Shown here: in pieces, positions 27,531 through 37,515 of the stretch
How positions within the stretch are numbered: the stretch's first letter is position 1
Layout: each line of letters begins with the position of its first letter
Origin: Emcibacter sp.
Lineage (GTDB): Bacteria; Pseudomonadota; Alphaproteobacteria; Sphingomonadales; Emcibacteraceae
Reading direction: 5' to 3'
DNA: 64,000 nt
Assembly: GCA_021774785.1 (NCBI GenBank)
Contig: JAJFIQ010000012.1
Span: 22,459 to 86,458 of the forward strand
Translations under genes and position numbers: made by a program
The notes under the pieces: model-generated
The model's input: only the letters and a program-made list of their open reading frames with translations
Told to the model about the DNA's origin: nothing
Databases searched by the model: none

Positions 27531-28802
27531 TTAATGGTATGCATAGGGTTTTTTATTGAGATTCAGGTATCTGTCCCTTAATAAAGTACGGCGCGAAACC
27601 AACGGATGATTAACACCGTTGACAATCACATGAACGGTATTGGATGTCACCTCAAGCGGGTCACCATCCCACAGGGCAATATTGGCAATCTTACCTTTCT
27701 CGATGGAGCCGAAAAATTTATCAATTCCAAAGATACGGGCCGGGCTTATTGTAATGGCCTCCAAAGCACGTTCCCAGCTAAGGCCGTGAGCCACTGCCAG
27801 CCCTGCCATATGATTGACCATAAAGGCATTATGGTTTGCTGCCATACCTCCGGGTGAAATGGCAAATTGCACGCCTGCGGTATCCAACATCGCCGCATTA
27901 CGGAATGTGGCCGCCAATTTGCCAAATTTTTCCGGCAGATTTTCTTGTGGATTAATGATAACCGGAATTTCTGCTGCCGCCAGTTCATCGGCCACTTTCC
28001 AGGCTTCCACAGCACTATTCAGGATAAGATCAAGGCCATAATCCCTTTTCAGCGCGATGGCCTGACGCAAATTATCTTCGCTATCTACTGTCAGGACAAG
28101 TTTCTGCCTACCCTTAATGACCGGCACCAACGCGTCCATATTAAAGGTGGTAAGCAGGAAATCCCCCGGCCCCTCACCCTCCATAATATCGGAACGATTC
28201 TGGTCATAATATCTTACCTGATCCAGTATCAGACGCATGGTAGCCCAAGCCACATTCCGATTTAAGGTTTTTGCAAAACTGGCCACCATTGGCCCCTTAC
28301 CGACATACATATCAGCTCCCCCTGTCAGGGAAATAACCGCCCCGGAGCCATAAAATACACTGTCTGCCAATGAGGGCTGAGTTATGGCATGAGTAAGGCC
28401 GTGACGTCGGTTGTCAGCAATAACGACGGAATTGCTTTTCAGACCATACCGCACATCAAAAGCCGCCGTGAAAGGCGTTTTCTTCGCATTATGTTCGTTA
28501 GAATCTTTGGTTAAGGAAATTTCAGACAGCCCCAGTCGACTGCTGCTATGCATAAAGCCGGGTACAATGGTTTTACCCGCCGCATCAATCACCTCGGCAC
28601 CATTCGGGATAGTCACATTTTGTCCCACGGCTTTTATTTTACCGTTTTCTATCAAAATAATGGCCTTGCTCAAGATGCCTTTCTTGCCAAGTGTATGAAC
28701 GGTTCCCCCTTTGATTGCCAATATTTTGGCCAAAGCCACAGGGCCGGTCAGAAAAAATGCTACGAAAGCGGCAACAATAATTTTTAATATAGATTTTCTC
28801 AT
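27531..28802 (-). CDS. secreted amidohydrolase-superfamily protein with a non-canonical first metal motif
   Basis: 423 aa with a signal peptide (IVAAFVAFFLTGPVALA) and an amidohydrolase fold pattern. The position of the HxH motif reads PGFMHSSSRLG. Overlaps the upstream paralog stop by 4 nt. Confidence 0.8.
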   Translation of the reverse strand: MRKSILKIIVAAFVAFFLTGPVALAKILAIKGGTVHTLGKKGILSKAIILIENGKIKAVGQNVTIPNGAEVIDAAGKTIVPGFMHSSSRLGLSEISLTKDSNEHNAKKTPFTAAFDVRYGLKSNSVVIADNRRHGLTHAITQPSLADSVFYGSGAVISLTGGADMYVGKGPMVASFAKTLNRNVAWATMRLILDQVRYYDQNRSDIMEGEGPGDFLLTTFNMDALVPVIKGRQKLVLTVDSEDNLRQAIALKRDYGLDLILNSAVEAWKVADELAAAEIPVIINPQENLPEKFGKLAATFRNAAMLDTAGVQFAISPGGMAANHNAFMVNHMAGLAVAHGLSWERALEAITISPARIFGIDKFFGSIEKGKIANIALWDGDPLEVTSNTVHVIVNGVNHPLVSRRTLLRDRYLNLNKKPYAYH

Positions 28803-30223
28803 TGGTGTGCTCCCCTTGCATTTTGTCCCAGTTCAAAATCACCTTGCCAATAGGTATCTGGATCAGCACGGTCATATAATAACGCGCCGTCAATGAAGAC
28901 CTTCTCTGCCAGCGAATAAACACTGAAGGGGTCTCCGGACCAGATCACCACATCGGCCATTTTTCCTACCTCAAGCGAACCCGTTTTATCGGCTATACCC
29001 AGTGCTTTGGCCGGATTAAGCGCCAGCCATGTGAAGGCTTCCCCTCTGGTGAAATTCAACCCAACCTTTCGACCATCGGCCCATGCCTTGGCGGCTTCCT
29101 GATTTAGCCGCTGAATACCATTGGGGTCATCTGAATGAACAATAGCACAGGCCTTTGCACTCGCCACCATCGGGATATTCTCATCAACGCCGTCAAAGGC
29201 TTCCAGCTTAAAACCCCACCAATCAGACCACATGGCGGAACAGACTTTCTCCTTGGCTAGAATATCTGCAATCTTGTAACTTTCCACAGCATGATGGAAA
29301 GTGGAAATTTTATAATTGAACTCATGAGCCATATTGATCATGGACACCATTTCATCGGCCCGGTAACAGTGGTTATGGATCAGGATTTCACCATTCAGAA
29401 CCCCCATCAGCGTATCCAATTCAAGGTCCTGAGACGGCGCACTAACATCTTCACCGGCTTGATATTTTCTGGTGTAGCTATCCCACTTACCTTTATAATC
29501 CCGTGCCTTGATCCAGGCTTTCCGGTAACCGGCCATATTGGCCATGCGGGTGCTGGGGCCGCCTTTTTTGCCATAAACCCGTTTTGGATTCTCGCCACAG
29601 GCCATTTTCAGGCCGTAGGGTGCACCGGGAAATTTCATACCCTCACGGGTACGGGAGGGTACGTTTTTTACCGTGGCACTACGCCCACCAATCAGGTTGG
29701 CTGATCCGGGCAGTATCTGTAATGTGGTGACACCACCGGCAATGGCTCTTGAAAAACCGGGGTCCTGCGGCCAGATGGAATGCTCTGCCCATACATCTGC
29801 GGTAACGGGACTGGTGGCTTCATTGCCGTCCGACAAGGACTGGTGATGTGGCGAAGCATAAACGCCCAAATGGGAATGAACATCAATGATACCCGGTGTT
29901 ACCCATTTTCCGGTACCGTCAATGACCAATGTACCGTAGGGAATTTCCAGTTCAGACCCAACAGCAACGATCTTGCCATTCTCCATCAGAACCGAAGCCC
30001 CTTCAAGCTGCTCCCCCGCTCCCGTTAATACGGTGGCGTTATTAATCACCGTTGTCACGGAGGGATAAGGCTCGTAAGTGCTTGGATATGGATTTTTATT
30101 TATTTCTACAAAAGGCTGACGGTCTTTGGGTGCATCTTCTGCCGCAATCGCAGTCGCCGTAATTAATGCTGCCGCAGCCCAAAATATGGTAGCCACGACC
30201 ATAGCTTTATCTATCCGAAACAT
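28799..30223 (-). CDS. secreted metal-dependent amidohydrolase (canonical HxH)
   Basis: 474 aa with a signal peptide (VVATIFWAAAALITATAIAA). Contains PGIIDVHSHLG and a C-terminal GSLEVGKMADVVIW. Confidence 0.85.
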   Translation of the reverse strand: MFRIDKAMVVATIFWAAAALITATAIAAEDAPKDRQPFVEINKNPYPSTYEPYPSVTTVINNATVLTGAGEQLEGASVLMENGKIVAVGSELEIPYGTLVIDGTGKWVTPGIIDVHSHLGVYASPHHQSLSDGNEATSPVTADVWAEHSIWPQDPGFSRAIAGGVTTLQILPGSANLIGGRSATVKNVPSRTREGMKFPGAPYGLKMACGENPKRVYGKKGGPSTRMANMAGYRKAWIKARDYKGKWDSYTRKYQAGEDVSAPSQDLELDTLMGVLNGEILIHNHCYRADEMVSMINMAHEFNYKISTFHHAVESYKIADILAKEKVCSAMWSDWWGFKLEAFDGVDENIPMVASAKACAIVHSDDPNGIQRLNQEAAKAWADGRKVGLNFTRGEAFTWLALNPAKALGIADKTGSLEVGKMADVVIWSGDPFSVYSLAEKVFIDGALLYDRADPDTYWQGDFELGQNARGAHQ

Positions 30224-30319
30224 ATCAATCCCCTGATTAAATTCATTTATTACTTGCTATTGAAAGAAAGATTAACAGACTATGGTTGAAGGTTCAAATA
30301 ACAAAAAAGAGACTGCGAT

Positions 30320-30868
30320 ATGAAAAGAAGAAATTTTTTTAGTGTGATCGGGATCGGAAGTTTTCTGGCATCCTCCATGAGTATGGCCCGTTCAGCCACG
30401 ACGGGAAAAATCGACAGTCGCTTGAAAGAACTGGGCATAACTCTGCCGGAAGCTCCGGACCCCATGGCCGCCTATGTCACTTATCGCATCAGCGGAAACC
30501 TTGTTTATATTGCCGGACAAGGGCCAATTCATACGGTGGAGCATCCGGGCCTTGGCCGTGTGGGTAAAGACCTGACCACCGAACAGGGCTATCAGGCGGC
30601 ACGCAGCACCGGGCTGAATATTCTTGCTCAATTAAAAAAAGCCTGCGACGGCGATCTGGACCGGGTTGTGCAATGTGTGCAAATTCAAGGTGTGGTAAAA
30701 TGCACCGATGATTACACCGACAGCCCGAAGGTCATTAACGGCACCTCTGAACTTTTCAAGGATATATTCGGGGAACGCGGCCTTGCCGCCCGGGCAGCAT
30801 TAGGCACCAACGCTCTACCCGCTGACATCGCAGTCGAGATATTATCCACGTGGGAAATAAAAACATAG
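30320..30868 (+). CDS. RidA/YjgF family protein with a twin-arginine (Tat) signal peptide
   Basis: MKRRNFFSVIGIGSFLASSMSMARSA is a Tat-like leader. The RidA core is GNLVYIAGQGP...ALGTNALPADIAVEI. Confidence 0.8.
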   Translation: MKRRNFFSVIGIGSFLASSMSMARSATTGKIDSRLKELGITLPEAPDPMAAYVTYRISGNLVYIAGQGPIHTVEHPGLGRVGKDLTTEQGYQAARSTGLNILAQLKKACDGDLDRVVQCVQIQGVVKCTDDYTDSPKVINGTSELFKDIFGERGLAARAALGTNALPADIAVEILSTWEIKT

Positions 30869-30887
30869 TCTAATATAAATTCCAGAA

Positions 30888-31331
30888 TCACCTCACCGGC
30901 GTAGCGGAAATGCGGCCCCGGTTGGTGCGGCGATCACGACGGGGTTGCTGCACTTGATAGGCCTGCGCGCAATGCTCTGGACAATAGGGGAATGATGGTG
31001 CCGACGGTTTGCCGCAAAAATGAAAATCCACCTCACCCGGATGACCAATAGGCCATTTGCATATTCTTTCAGTCAGTTCCAGAAGAGACACCTTACCGCC
31101 GCTGGCTTTAACCTTTGGCTGGGCAACTTTTTTCTCTACCGTCTTTCTGGCCTTCTTTTTAGGGTCGGATTTCACAGGCGACGGGCGTGAGGCAAGGTTC
31201 ATACGATGTGCCTTGCCAATGACAGCATTTCGGGTAACACCCTCGGCAAGTTCCTTGGCAATCTGGCTGGCGCTCAGCCCCTTGTCCCAGAGTTCCCGTA
31301 ATTTTGCGACCCGCTCATCTGTCCATGCCAT
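30888..31331 (-). CDS. gcrA: cell-cycle transcriptional regulator GcrA
   Basis: MAWTDERVAKLRELWDKGLSASQIAKELAEGVTRNAVIGKAHR and a conserved C-terminus CKWPIGHPGEVDFHFCG. Confidence 0.92.
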   Translation of the reverse strand: MAWTDERVAKLRELWDKGLSASQIAKELAEGVTRNAVIGKAHRMNLASRPSPVKSDPKKKARKTVEKKVAQPKVKASGGKVSLLELTERICKWPIGHPGEVDFHFCGKPSAPSFPYCPEHCAQAYQVQQPRRDRRTNRGRISATPVR

Positions 31332-31501
31332 ATTCGTAATCCTTGCTCATCGGTTAGTTAGTTGTCTTAAGCGTTCTGCATTTAAGCGTGATAAAGTAGG
31401 TGAGGCGAACTGTACATTTGGTACCTGATCCGAAATCTAACACAGTCCACGATTGAACGAAGAACACTCTAGCTTGCAGTAGATGATGTTCTACTGTAAA
31501 A

Positions 31502-32368
31502 ATGGCCAAAACAAAAGCCAAAAGAATCGCGAAAGACTATTTCATGAAAAGCATCTGGACCATTGGTCAAAACCTGCCATCCTTTGGCACCAAAAGAATC
31601 GGCGCCATTAACTGGCTTGGCGTATGGACACTTTACACCAAAGAAGTACGCCGTTTTCTTAAAGTGGTTGGACAAACCGTGCTCTCCCCCGTGATCACAA
31701 CCGCCCTTTTCATGACCATTTTCACAATCGCGCTCGGCGGCAGTGGTCGCTACGTGGGTGAGATTCCTTTCGGAATGTTTCTGGCACCGGGTCTGGTGAC
31801 CATGGCCGTACTGCAAAATGCTTTTGCCAATACCATCTCCAGCCTGATGACGTCCAAGATGCAGGGCAATATTGTTGACCTACTGCTGGCCCCCTTGGGC
31901 CCCGGTGAAATGACTTTGGCCTTCACATTGGCGGCGGTAACACGGGCGGCCATGGTGGGTGCCTTCGTAATATTCTCCATGTATCTTTTCGTAGATTTGA
32001 GTTTTCCCAATGTCTGGGCGTTGCTTTATTTTGGTACCTCTGCAGCAATCATGCTGGCTTTACTGGGCATCATGGCCGGAATTTGGGCCGACAAATGGGA
32101 ACAAAGCTCCAGTATTACTAATTTTATCATCGTGCCTTTATCCTTCCTGTCCGGAACCTTTTATTCCATCGACCGGCTTCCGGGCATATGGCATGACATC
32201 AGTCAGCTTAACCCATTTTTCTATCTGATCGACGGCTTTCGATATGGTATCATTAATCATGCGGACGGAAATCTTATGGTTGGCGTGGTCTATATTGCTG
32301 TCCTGAACGTCATGCTAGCTTTCATATGTTACCGCATGTTTGCGACAGGCTATAAGTTGCGCCCGTAG
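31502..32368 (+). CDS. ABC-2 type transporter permease (no adjacent ATPase)
   Basis: 288 aa with about 6 TM. The N-terminal WTLYTKEVRRFLKVVGQTVLSPV is typical of ABC-2 permeases. Alternative start at 31544. Confidence 0.8.
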   Translation: MAKTKAKRIAKDYFMKSIWTIGQNLPSFGTKRIGAINWLGVWTLYTKEVRRFLKVVGQTVLSPVITTALFMTIFTIALGGSGRYVGEIPFGMFLAPGLVTMAVLQNAFANTISSLMTSKMQGNIVDLLLAPLGPGEMTLAFTLAAVTRAAMVGAFVIFSMYLFVDLSFPNVWALLYFGTSAAIMLALLGIMAGIWADKWEQSSSITNFIIVPLSFLSGTFYSIDRLPGIWHDISQLNPFFYLIDGFRYGIINHADGNLMVGVVYIAVLNVMLAFICYRMFATGYKLRP

Positions 32369-32417
32369 ATAAATTGTTGTATTGACAGTCCCCGATTTAA
32401 AAAAACAGAGAATAACG

Positions 32418-33659
32418 ATGAAAAACAGCCGCAATGACAACAGGGAAGAAACCATCATTCCACCCGTCTTGCCAACCTATGCCAGAGCCGACATTGCCAT
32501 CGAATATGGCAAAGGTGTCTATGCCTATGATCAAAATGATAAAGAATATCTGGACTATGGCAGTGGTATTGGTGTCAACAATCTGGGTTTTTGTCATCCC
32601 GAGCTTGTCAAAACCATAACAGAACAAGCCGGTAAGGTCTGGCATACGTCAAATATTTACCGGATTCCGGGACAGGAAAGGCTGGCGCAGCGGCTGGCAG
32701 AAAATACTTTTGCTGATACCATGTTTTTTACCAATTCAGGAGCAGAGGCCGTAGAATGTGCCATGAAAATGGCCCGGCGTTATCATGCGGAGAATGAAAG
32801 CCCCGAACGCTACCGGATTATTACCTTTGAAGGCTGTTTCCACGGCAGAACACTGGCAACCATTGCTGCATCCGGTCAGGAAAAACTGATCAAGGGATTT
32901 GGCCCCATGATGGAAGGCTTTGACCATGTGCCTTTTTACCGGGACATGAGCAAGGTTGAGGCCGCCATTACCTATGAAACAGCGGCCATAATGATTGAGC
33001 CGGTCATGGGCGAAGGCGGCATAAAACAGGTCTCTAGCGATAACATGCGCATCTTGCGTGACCTTTGCGACAAGCATGATATATTGCTGATTCTTGATGA
33101 AGTTCAGTGCGGCATGGGCCGGACGGAAAAATTATTTGCCTATCAGCATAGTCACATCAGCCCTGATATTCTCTGTACAGCCAAGGGTATCGGAGCCGGC
33201 TTCCCCCTCGGTGCCTGTCTTGCAACAGAAGAAGTGGGACGTTGTATGAATGCCGGCAGTCATGGTTCCACTTATGGCGGCAATCCCATGGCTATGGCCG
33301 TCGGCAACAAAGTGCTAGATATTTTGCTGGCTGACGGTTTCTTCGATCATGTGGAAAAAATGTCCTATGATCTACGTAAAGGGTTGATGACGCTACGCCA
33401 TAGACACCCACGGGTGATTGAACTGGTACGGGGTATCGGCCTTATGCTGGGGCTGAAACTTAACATCGAACCGCCGGCCTTTGTGGCCAAAGCCATTGAG
33501 CATGGACTATTGGTCGTTGGGGCGGCAGATAATACGGTGCGGCTATTACCACCCCTGATTATTGAGAAAAACCATATTGATGAAGCTCTGGAAAAACTGA
33601 CAAAAATATGCGCAGAAATTGAGAAGGAACTGCCCGAGCCGCAGTCAGATGAGGAATGA
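32418..33659 (+). CDS. argD: acetylornithine aminotransferase (class III aminotransferase)
   Basis: [33 protein letters not shown] and [10 protein letters not shown] (PLP Lys), upstream of argF. The ATG at 32418 was verified. Confidence 0.9.
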   Translation: MKNSRNDNREETIIPPVLPTYARADIAIEYGKGVYAYDQNDKEYLDYGSGIGVNNLGFCHPELVKTITEQAGKVWHTSNIYRIPGQERLAQRLAENTFADTMFFTNSGAEAVECAMKMARRYHAENESPERYRIITFEGCFHGRTLATIAASGQEKLIKGFGPMMEGFDHVPFYRDMSKVEAAITYETAAIMIEPVMGEGGIKQVSSDNMRILRDLCDKHDILLILDEVQCGMGRTEKLFAYQHSHISPDILCTAKGIGAGFPLGACLATEEVGRCMNAGSHGSTYGGNPMAMAVGNKVLDILLADGFFDHVEKMSYDLRKGLMTLRHRHPRVIELVRGIGLMLGLKLNIEPPAFVAKAIEHGLLVVGAADNTVRLLPPLIIEKNHIDEALEKLTKICAEIEKELPEPQSDEE

Positions 33660-34609
33660 GTAATTTTAAACTAAAAAAACCTTACCGGCATTTTCTCGAC
33701 CTCGCGGCCCTGTCCCCGGATGAGGCTCGTGAAATTATTGAAAAGGCCAAGGCATTGAAAACGACCGCGACCGAAGATGGTCACGGCAAAGGATTCATCC
33801 ATCCCGATCGGCCTTTGGCGGACAAGGGGCTTGCCATGGTCTTTGAAAAACCATCGACCCGCACCAGAGTATCCTTTGAAATGTCCATCCATCAACTGGG
33901 CGGCACCGCCATTGTGCTTCAGGGCAATGATATGCAGCTTGGCCGGGGTGAGACCGTATCGGATACCGCGCAGGTTCTATCAGGCTTTGTGGATGCGGTC
34001 ATGCTGCGTGCCGACAGTCACGAATCTCTGCTTGAAATGGCCGAACATGCCACAGTTCCGGTTATTAATGCCCTGACCGATTTTTCCCACCCCTGTCAGG
34101 TGATGGCAGACGTGCTGACCTTTGAAGAGCATCGCGGACCCATCAAAGGCAAAAAAATCACATGGTCCGGTGATGGCAACAATGTAGCGGTTTCCTGGAT
34201 TCACGCTGCTGTTCTGTTCGACTGTGAATTGGTGCTCGCCTGTCCAAAAGAATTCTGCCCCCCGACACAGGTATTGGAATGGGCAACCAATAATGGTGGC
34301 AAGGTTACCTTGACCCACGACCCCGATGAAGCCGCAAAGGGTGCCGACTGTATTATCACGGATACATGGATATCCATGGGGGATTCGGATGCTGATGAAC
34401 GCATCGCCATTCTCGCCCCCTATCAGGTCAATAAAAAGCTACTCGATAGTGCAAAAGATGACAGCCTGTTCATGCATTGCCTGCCCGCACACCGGGGGGA
34501 AGAGGTTACCGATGAGGTGATCGATGGCCCTCAATCTGTTATCTGGGACGAAGCGGAAAACCGCCTTCACATTCAGAAAAGCATTCTGATGTGGTGTTTT
34601 GGAAAATAA
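33656..34609 (+). CDS. argF: ornithine carbamoyltransferase
   Basis: [17 protein letters not shown] and [10 protein letters not shown] motifs. Overlaps the argD stop by 4 nt. Confidence 0.94.
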   Translation: MSNFKLKKPYRHFLDLAALSPDEAREIIEKAKALKTTATEDGHGKGFIHPDRPLADKGLAMVFEKPSTRTRVSFEMSIHQLGGTAIVLQGNDMQLGRGETVSDTAQVLSGFVDAVMLRADSHESLLEMAEHATVPVINALTDFSHPCQVMADVLTFEEHRGPIKGKKITWSGDGNNVAVSWIHAAVLFDCELVLACPKEFCPPTQVLEWATNNGGKVTLTHDPDEAAKGADCIITDTWISMGDSDADERIAILAPYQVNKKLLDSAKDDSLFMHCLPAHRGEEVTDEVIDGPQSVIWDEAENRLHIQKSILMWCFGK

Positions 34610-35483
34610 TATGACCCCCATATATACTGACAGCTGTCTGGCGTTCCAGATCGAAGGACAGGACATCAAAGGCCGGATTATCCGGCTGGATAAAGTCCTG
34701 AATGATGTATTGAACAACCATAATTACACCGATGATGTTAAACAGCAATTGGGGGAGGCCATGGCGCTGTCGGCCATGTTGGGCAGCATGATGAAATTCG
34801 ATGGCATCCTGACGCTACAGCTAAAAAGTGACGGCAGAATACAGACATTGGTCAGCGATTTTTCAACCGATGGCAACGGATCGGGCGTGGTGCGCGGCTA
34901 TTGCGGGACGGGTGAGAATGAAAAGCCAATTCTGGGCGATGGTCAACTTATGATTACCATAGATCAGGGCCAATATATGGACCGGTATCAGGGCATTGTG
35001 AAACTTAACAGCAACAGCCTGAAAGAATCTGCTGAAGAATATTTCCAAACCTCGGAACAGCTACCAACCCATCTCATACTATCTTGCGAAAAAGCTGATA
35101 ACGGGCGATGGTGTGCGGCGGCAATCATGATCCAACATCTTGCCCGAAATACAACGGAAGAAGCACTGGATGACAGCCAGCGGCAAGATCACTGGAATAC
35201 GGCATGCATATTGTTATCCAGCATCAAAAAGTCGGAACTACTGGATCAAAGCCTATCATTGCAGGATTTGCTGCTCAGACTTTATCATGAAAGCGGTGTC
35301 CGGGTTTTCACTACCACCGAAATGAATGTCGGCTGCCGCTGTTCCGAGAAGAAACTACGTACCGTTCTTGCCAGTTTCAGCCCACAGGAATTACAGGATT
35401 GTGCTGAAGACGGCATGATCACCATGACCTGCGAATTCTGCATGACCGATCATAAGTTTGAGTTGAAAAAACTAATTAACTGA
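34599..35483 (+). CDS. hslO: Hsp33 family redox-regulated chaperone
   Basis: 294 aa. C-terminal zinc centre CRCS...CEFC. Alternative start at 34611. Confidence 0.9.
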   Translation: MENNMTPIYTDSCLAFQIEGQDIKGRIIRLDKVLNDVLNNHNYTDDVKQQLGEAMALSAMLGSMMKFDGILTLQLKSDGRIQTLVSDFSTDGNGSGVVRGYCGTGENEKPILGDGQLMITIDQGQYMDRYQGIVKLNSNSLKESAEEYFQTSEQLPTHLILSCEKADNGRWCAAAIMIQHLARNTTEEALDDSQRQDHWNTACILLSSIKKSELLDQSLSLQDLLLRLYHESGVRVFTTTEMNVGCRCSEKKLRTVLASFSPQELQDCAEDGMITMTCEFCMTDHKFELKKLIN

Positions 35484-35529
35484 GCGTAAACTCAGATACA
35501 CCTATCCGTTATTCCCCCATATTTCTCCT

Positions 35530-35555
35530 GTCATTCCCGCCTGCGCGGGAATGAC
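35530..35555. repeat. REP-like perfect palindrome (gtcattcccgc-ctgc-gcgggaatgac)
   Basis: Perfect 11-bp stem with a 4-nt loop, 47 nt after the hslO stop, and no T-run. It belongs to the ATTCCCGC...GCGGGAAT type of palindromic element common in proteobacterial intergenic regions. Confidence 0.6.
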
Positions 35556-35652
35556 GATTGGCGCGAAGAAATGCCAATGCTCATACTGCGCCATAGCTAA
35601 AGTATCATTCTAAATGACCCTTGATTAATTGTTATCTGGCGATTAATTTATT

Positions 35653-35682
35653 GAGCGACTGCTTCCGACCCAAAGCGGACAT
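35653..35682 (+). repeat. short dispersed repeat, copy 1 (GAGCGnnnGCTTCCGACCCAnAGCnGnCA)
   Basis: gagcgactgcttccgacccaaagcggacat compared with gagcggaggcttccgacccacagcaggcag at 36092-36120. Same orientation, flanking the small frameshifted gene. Confidence 0.55.
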
Positions 35683-35745
35683 TCCAGTTAATTTACTCTT
35701 TTGGTAGCAGGCTTATTATCGGAGCTTGCAATCTGGGGGAATATT

Positions 35746-36080
35746 ATGAATTACGGTTATACTAAGCTATTTACAAATTGGACTAAGGAAGAAATGAATA
35801 GGCCTTTGGTCCGATTTCTTTATTTTATCTTTTATTTTTTCAAAGCAAATCCAGATAACGAGAAATATTATCCTCAAGTTAAAAAATGGTTGATTGAAAT
35901 AGATGACGACGGGCAAGTAATCAGGGAAATAGGACTGGATGTTGAGGGCAATCCTCTGTTTAGCTCACCCAACAATAGAAATTGGGGTTTTTTACGGACT
36001 CTGAGGATAGATTCGAAACTGATGAACTAGAACTTGTTGAGATGTATCTCTTTGAAAAGATGTGGTCAAAACTAAATTAA
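35746..36080 (+). pseudogene. small hypothetical gene interrupted by a 1-nt frameshift in a G4T6 tract
   Basis: The frame from the ATG at 35746 (MNYGYTKLF...GNPLFSSPNNRNWGF) ends at 36030 after a junk tail (LRTLRIDSKLMN). The -1 frame continues from the homopolymer at 35984-35993 as GFFTDSEDRFETDELELVEMYLFEKMWSKLN*, ending at 36080. Low-GC region. Confidence 0.45.
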
Positions 36081-36091
36081 AGCGAATTTCT

Positions 36092-36120
36092 GAGCGGAGG
36101 CTTCCGACCCACAGCAGGCA
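36092..36120 (+). repeat. short dispersed repeat, copy 2
   Basis: See 35653-35682. Confidence 0.55.
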
Positions 36121-36382
36121 GTTATAACCTGCATCAATCAAGGACTATATTTACATCGGGTTCTGAATTTTATGATAATAATTGTGAAATAGCTTTACTT
36201 ATAACCTAAAGTAGTGTCTATAAATCCATGTTTGATTTATAAATTTACTAATACATCCGCTTCTCTTTCCAAATAATTAGGTTCAGTCGAGGGTAATAGG
36301 CGTAAGTCTTTATCAAGCCCGAATGTTCGATCACAATATTGTGGTTGAATAAAATACCAATATTTGCACAAGGAGAAATAAC

Positions 36383-36586
36383 ATGGCAACTGGTACAGTA
36401 AAATGGTTTAACCCAACTAAGGGTTTTGGTTTCATCGAGCCTGAAAACGGTGGTGGTGATGTGTTTGTACACATTAGCGCAGTTCAAAATTCAGGCCTTA
36501 ACGGTTTGGACGAAGGTCAAAAGATTGAGTTCGAAGTTCAAGAAGAAAGAGGCAAGCAATCTGCTTGTAACTTAAAAACTGCTTAA
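36383..36586 (+). CDS. cspA: cold-shock protein (CspA family)
   Basis: [34 protein letters not shown] with RNP1/RNP2 motifs. Confidence 0.96.
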   Translation: MATGTVKWFNPTKGFGFIEPENGGGDVFVHISAVQNSGLNGLDEGQKIEFEVQEERGKQSACNLKTA

Positions 36587-36613
36587 TTAAAGCACCATTC
36601 ATAGTTATTAATT

Positions 36614-36647
36614 AAACACGGGTCAGATTTAAGGCCCGTGTTTTTTT
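36614..36647 (+). terminator. rho-independent terminator of cspA
   Basis: aaacacggg (36614-36622) pairs with cccgtgttt (36635-36643); 12-nt loop; T7 run. Confidence 0.8.
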
Positions 36648-36769
36648 GTTTTGGGACAGCCTGTCACCAGAAATCAGTTGCGAAACCATACGCGCTAACT
36701 GTCAAGTGAATGATCACTTTTGGCCGAAAGAAGACACGCATTTCCTTCAACAAGGTTCAAACCCGGCAC

Positions 36770-37504
36770 TTAAATTCCCTTTAGAACCCCACCATCACAG
36801 GCTATAGCCTGCCCGGTAATATAGGTCGCCCGCTCTGAACAGAGGAAAGATACCAGATCACCAAATTCTGACGGCTGGCCCAGTCGTTTGGCCGGGATGG
36901 ACTGTGCAGCTTTATCCAAATCAATACCAAGACCCGCCATACGGTCGGTCATGATAAATCCAGGCATCACCGCATTGATAGTAACGCCGTGACCCGCCAC
37001 CTCTGACGCTATACTATTGATCAAACCATGAATTCCTGCCCTGAGCGCATTGGAATAGAGCAGGTTCGGCACCGGTTCCTGTGCGGCAAAGGACGTTATA
37101 ACAACAATTCGGCCCCAGCCTTTTTCCTTCATAGGCTCCAGAAAAGCGGTGAGCATTTCGATGGTAAAATGAAAAAGCTGATCGGTTGCCTCACGCCAGC
37201 CATCAGGGGTGGTTTGAGCAAAGGTAGCCGGTGACGGCCCACCGGTATTAATCACCAGAATATCCGGATTGCCAATACTCCCCCGCGTTTTATCAATGCA
37301 AGACATAACCCCGGCCTGGCCCGAAAGGTCGGCCATAATCGGTACTGCTTCAATTGCCTGTGCGGCTTTATTCAAGGTTTCCTTCGTGCGAGCGGCCACA
37401 GCAACCTTTGCCCCCTCCCGGGCTAATGCCGCAGCACTGGCATAACCCAGTCCTTTTGATCCCCCTGTTACAAGTGCGGTGCGTCCTTTAATGTCCAAAT
37501 CCAT
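36770..37504 (-). CDS. SDR family oxidoreductase
   Basis: 244 aa. TGGSKGLGYA cofactor motif and SDR length and pattern. Confidence 0.82.
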   Translation of the reverse strand: MDLDIKGRTALVTGGSKGLGYASAAALAREGAKVAVAARTKETLNKAAQAIEAVPIMADLSGQAGVMSCIDKTRGSIGNPDILVINTGGPSPATFAQTTPDGWREATDQLFHFTIEMLTAFLEPMKEKGWGRIVVITSFAAQEPVPNLLYSNALRAGIHGLINSIASEVAGHGVTINAVMPGFIMTDRMAGLGIDLDKAAQSIPAKRLGQPSEFGDLVSFLCSERATYITGQAIACDGGVLKGI

Positions 37505-37515
37505 AATTAATCCTT

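Noticed and set aside
36248-36487. 79-aa minus-strand ORF overlapping the cspA start
   Set aside because: It is antisense to an unmistakable cold-shock gene and its leader.
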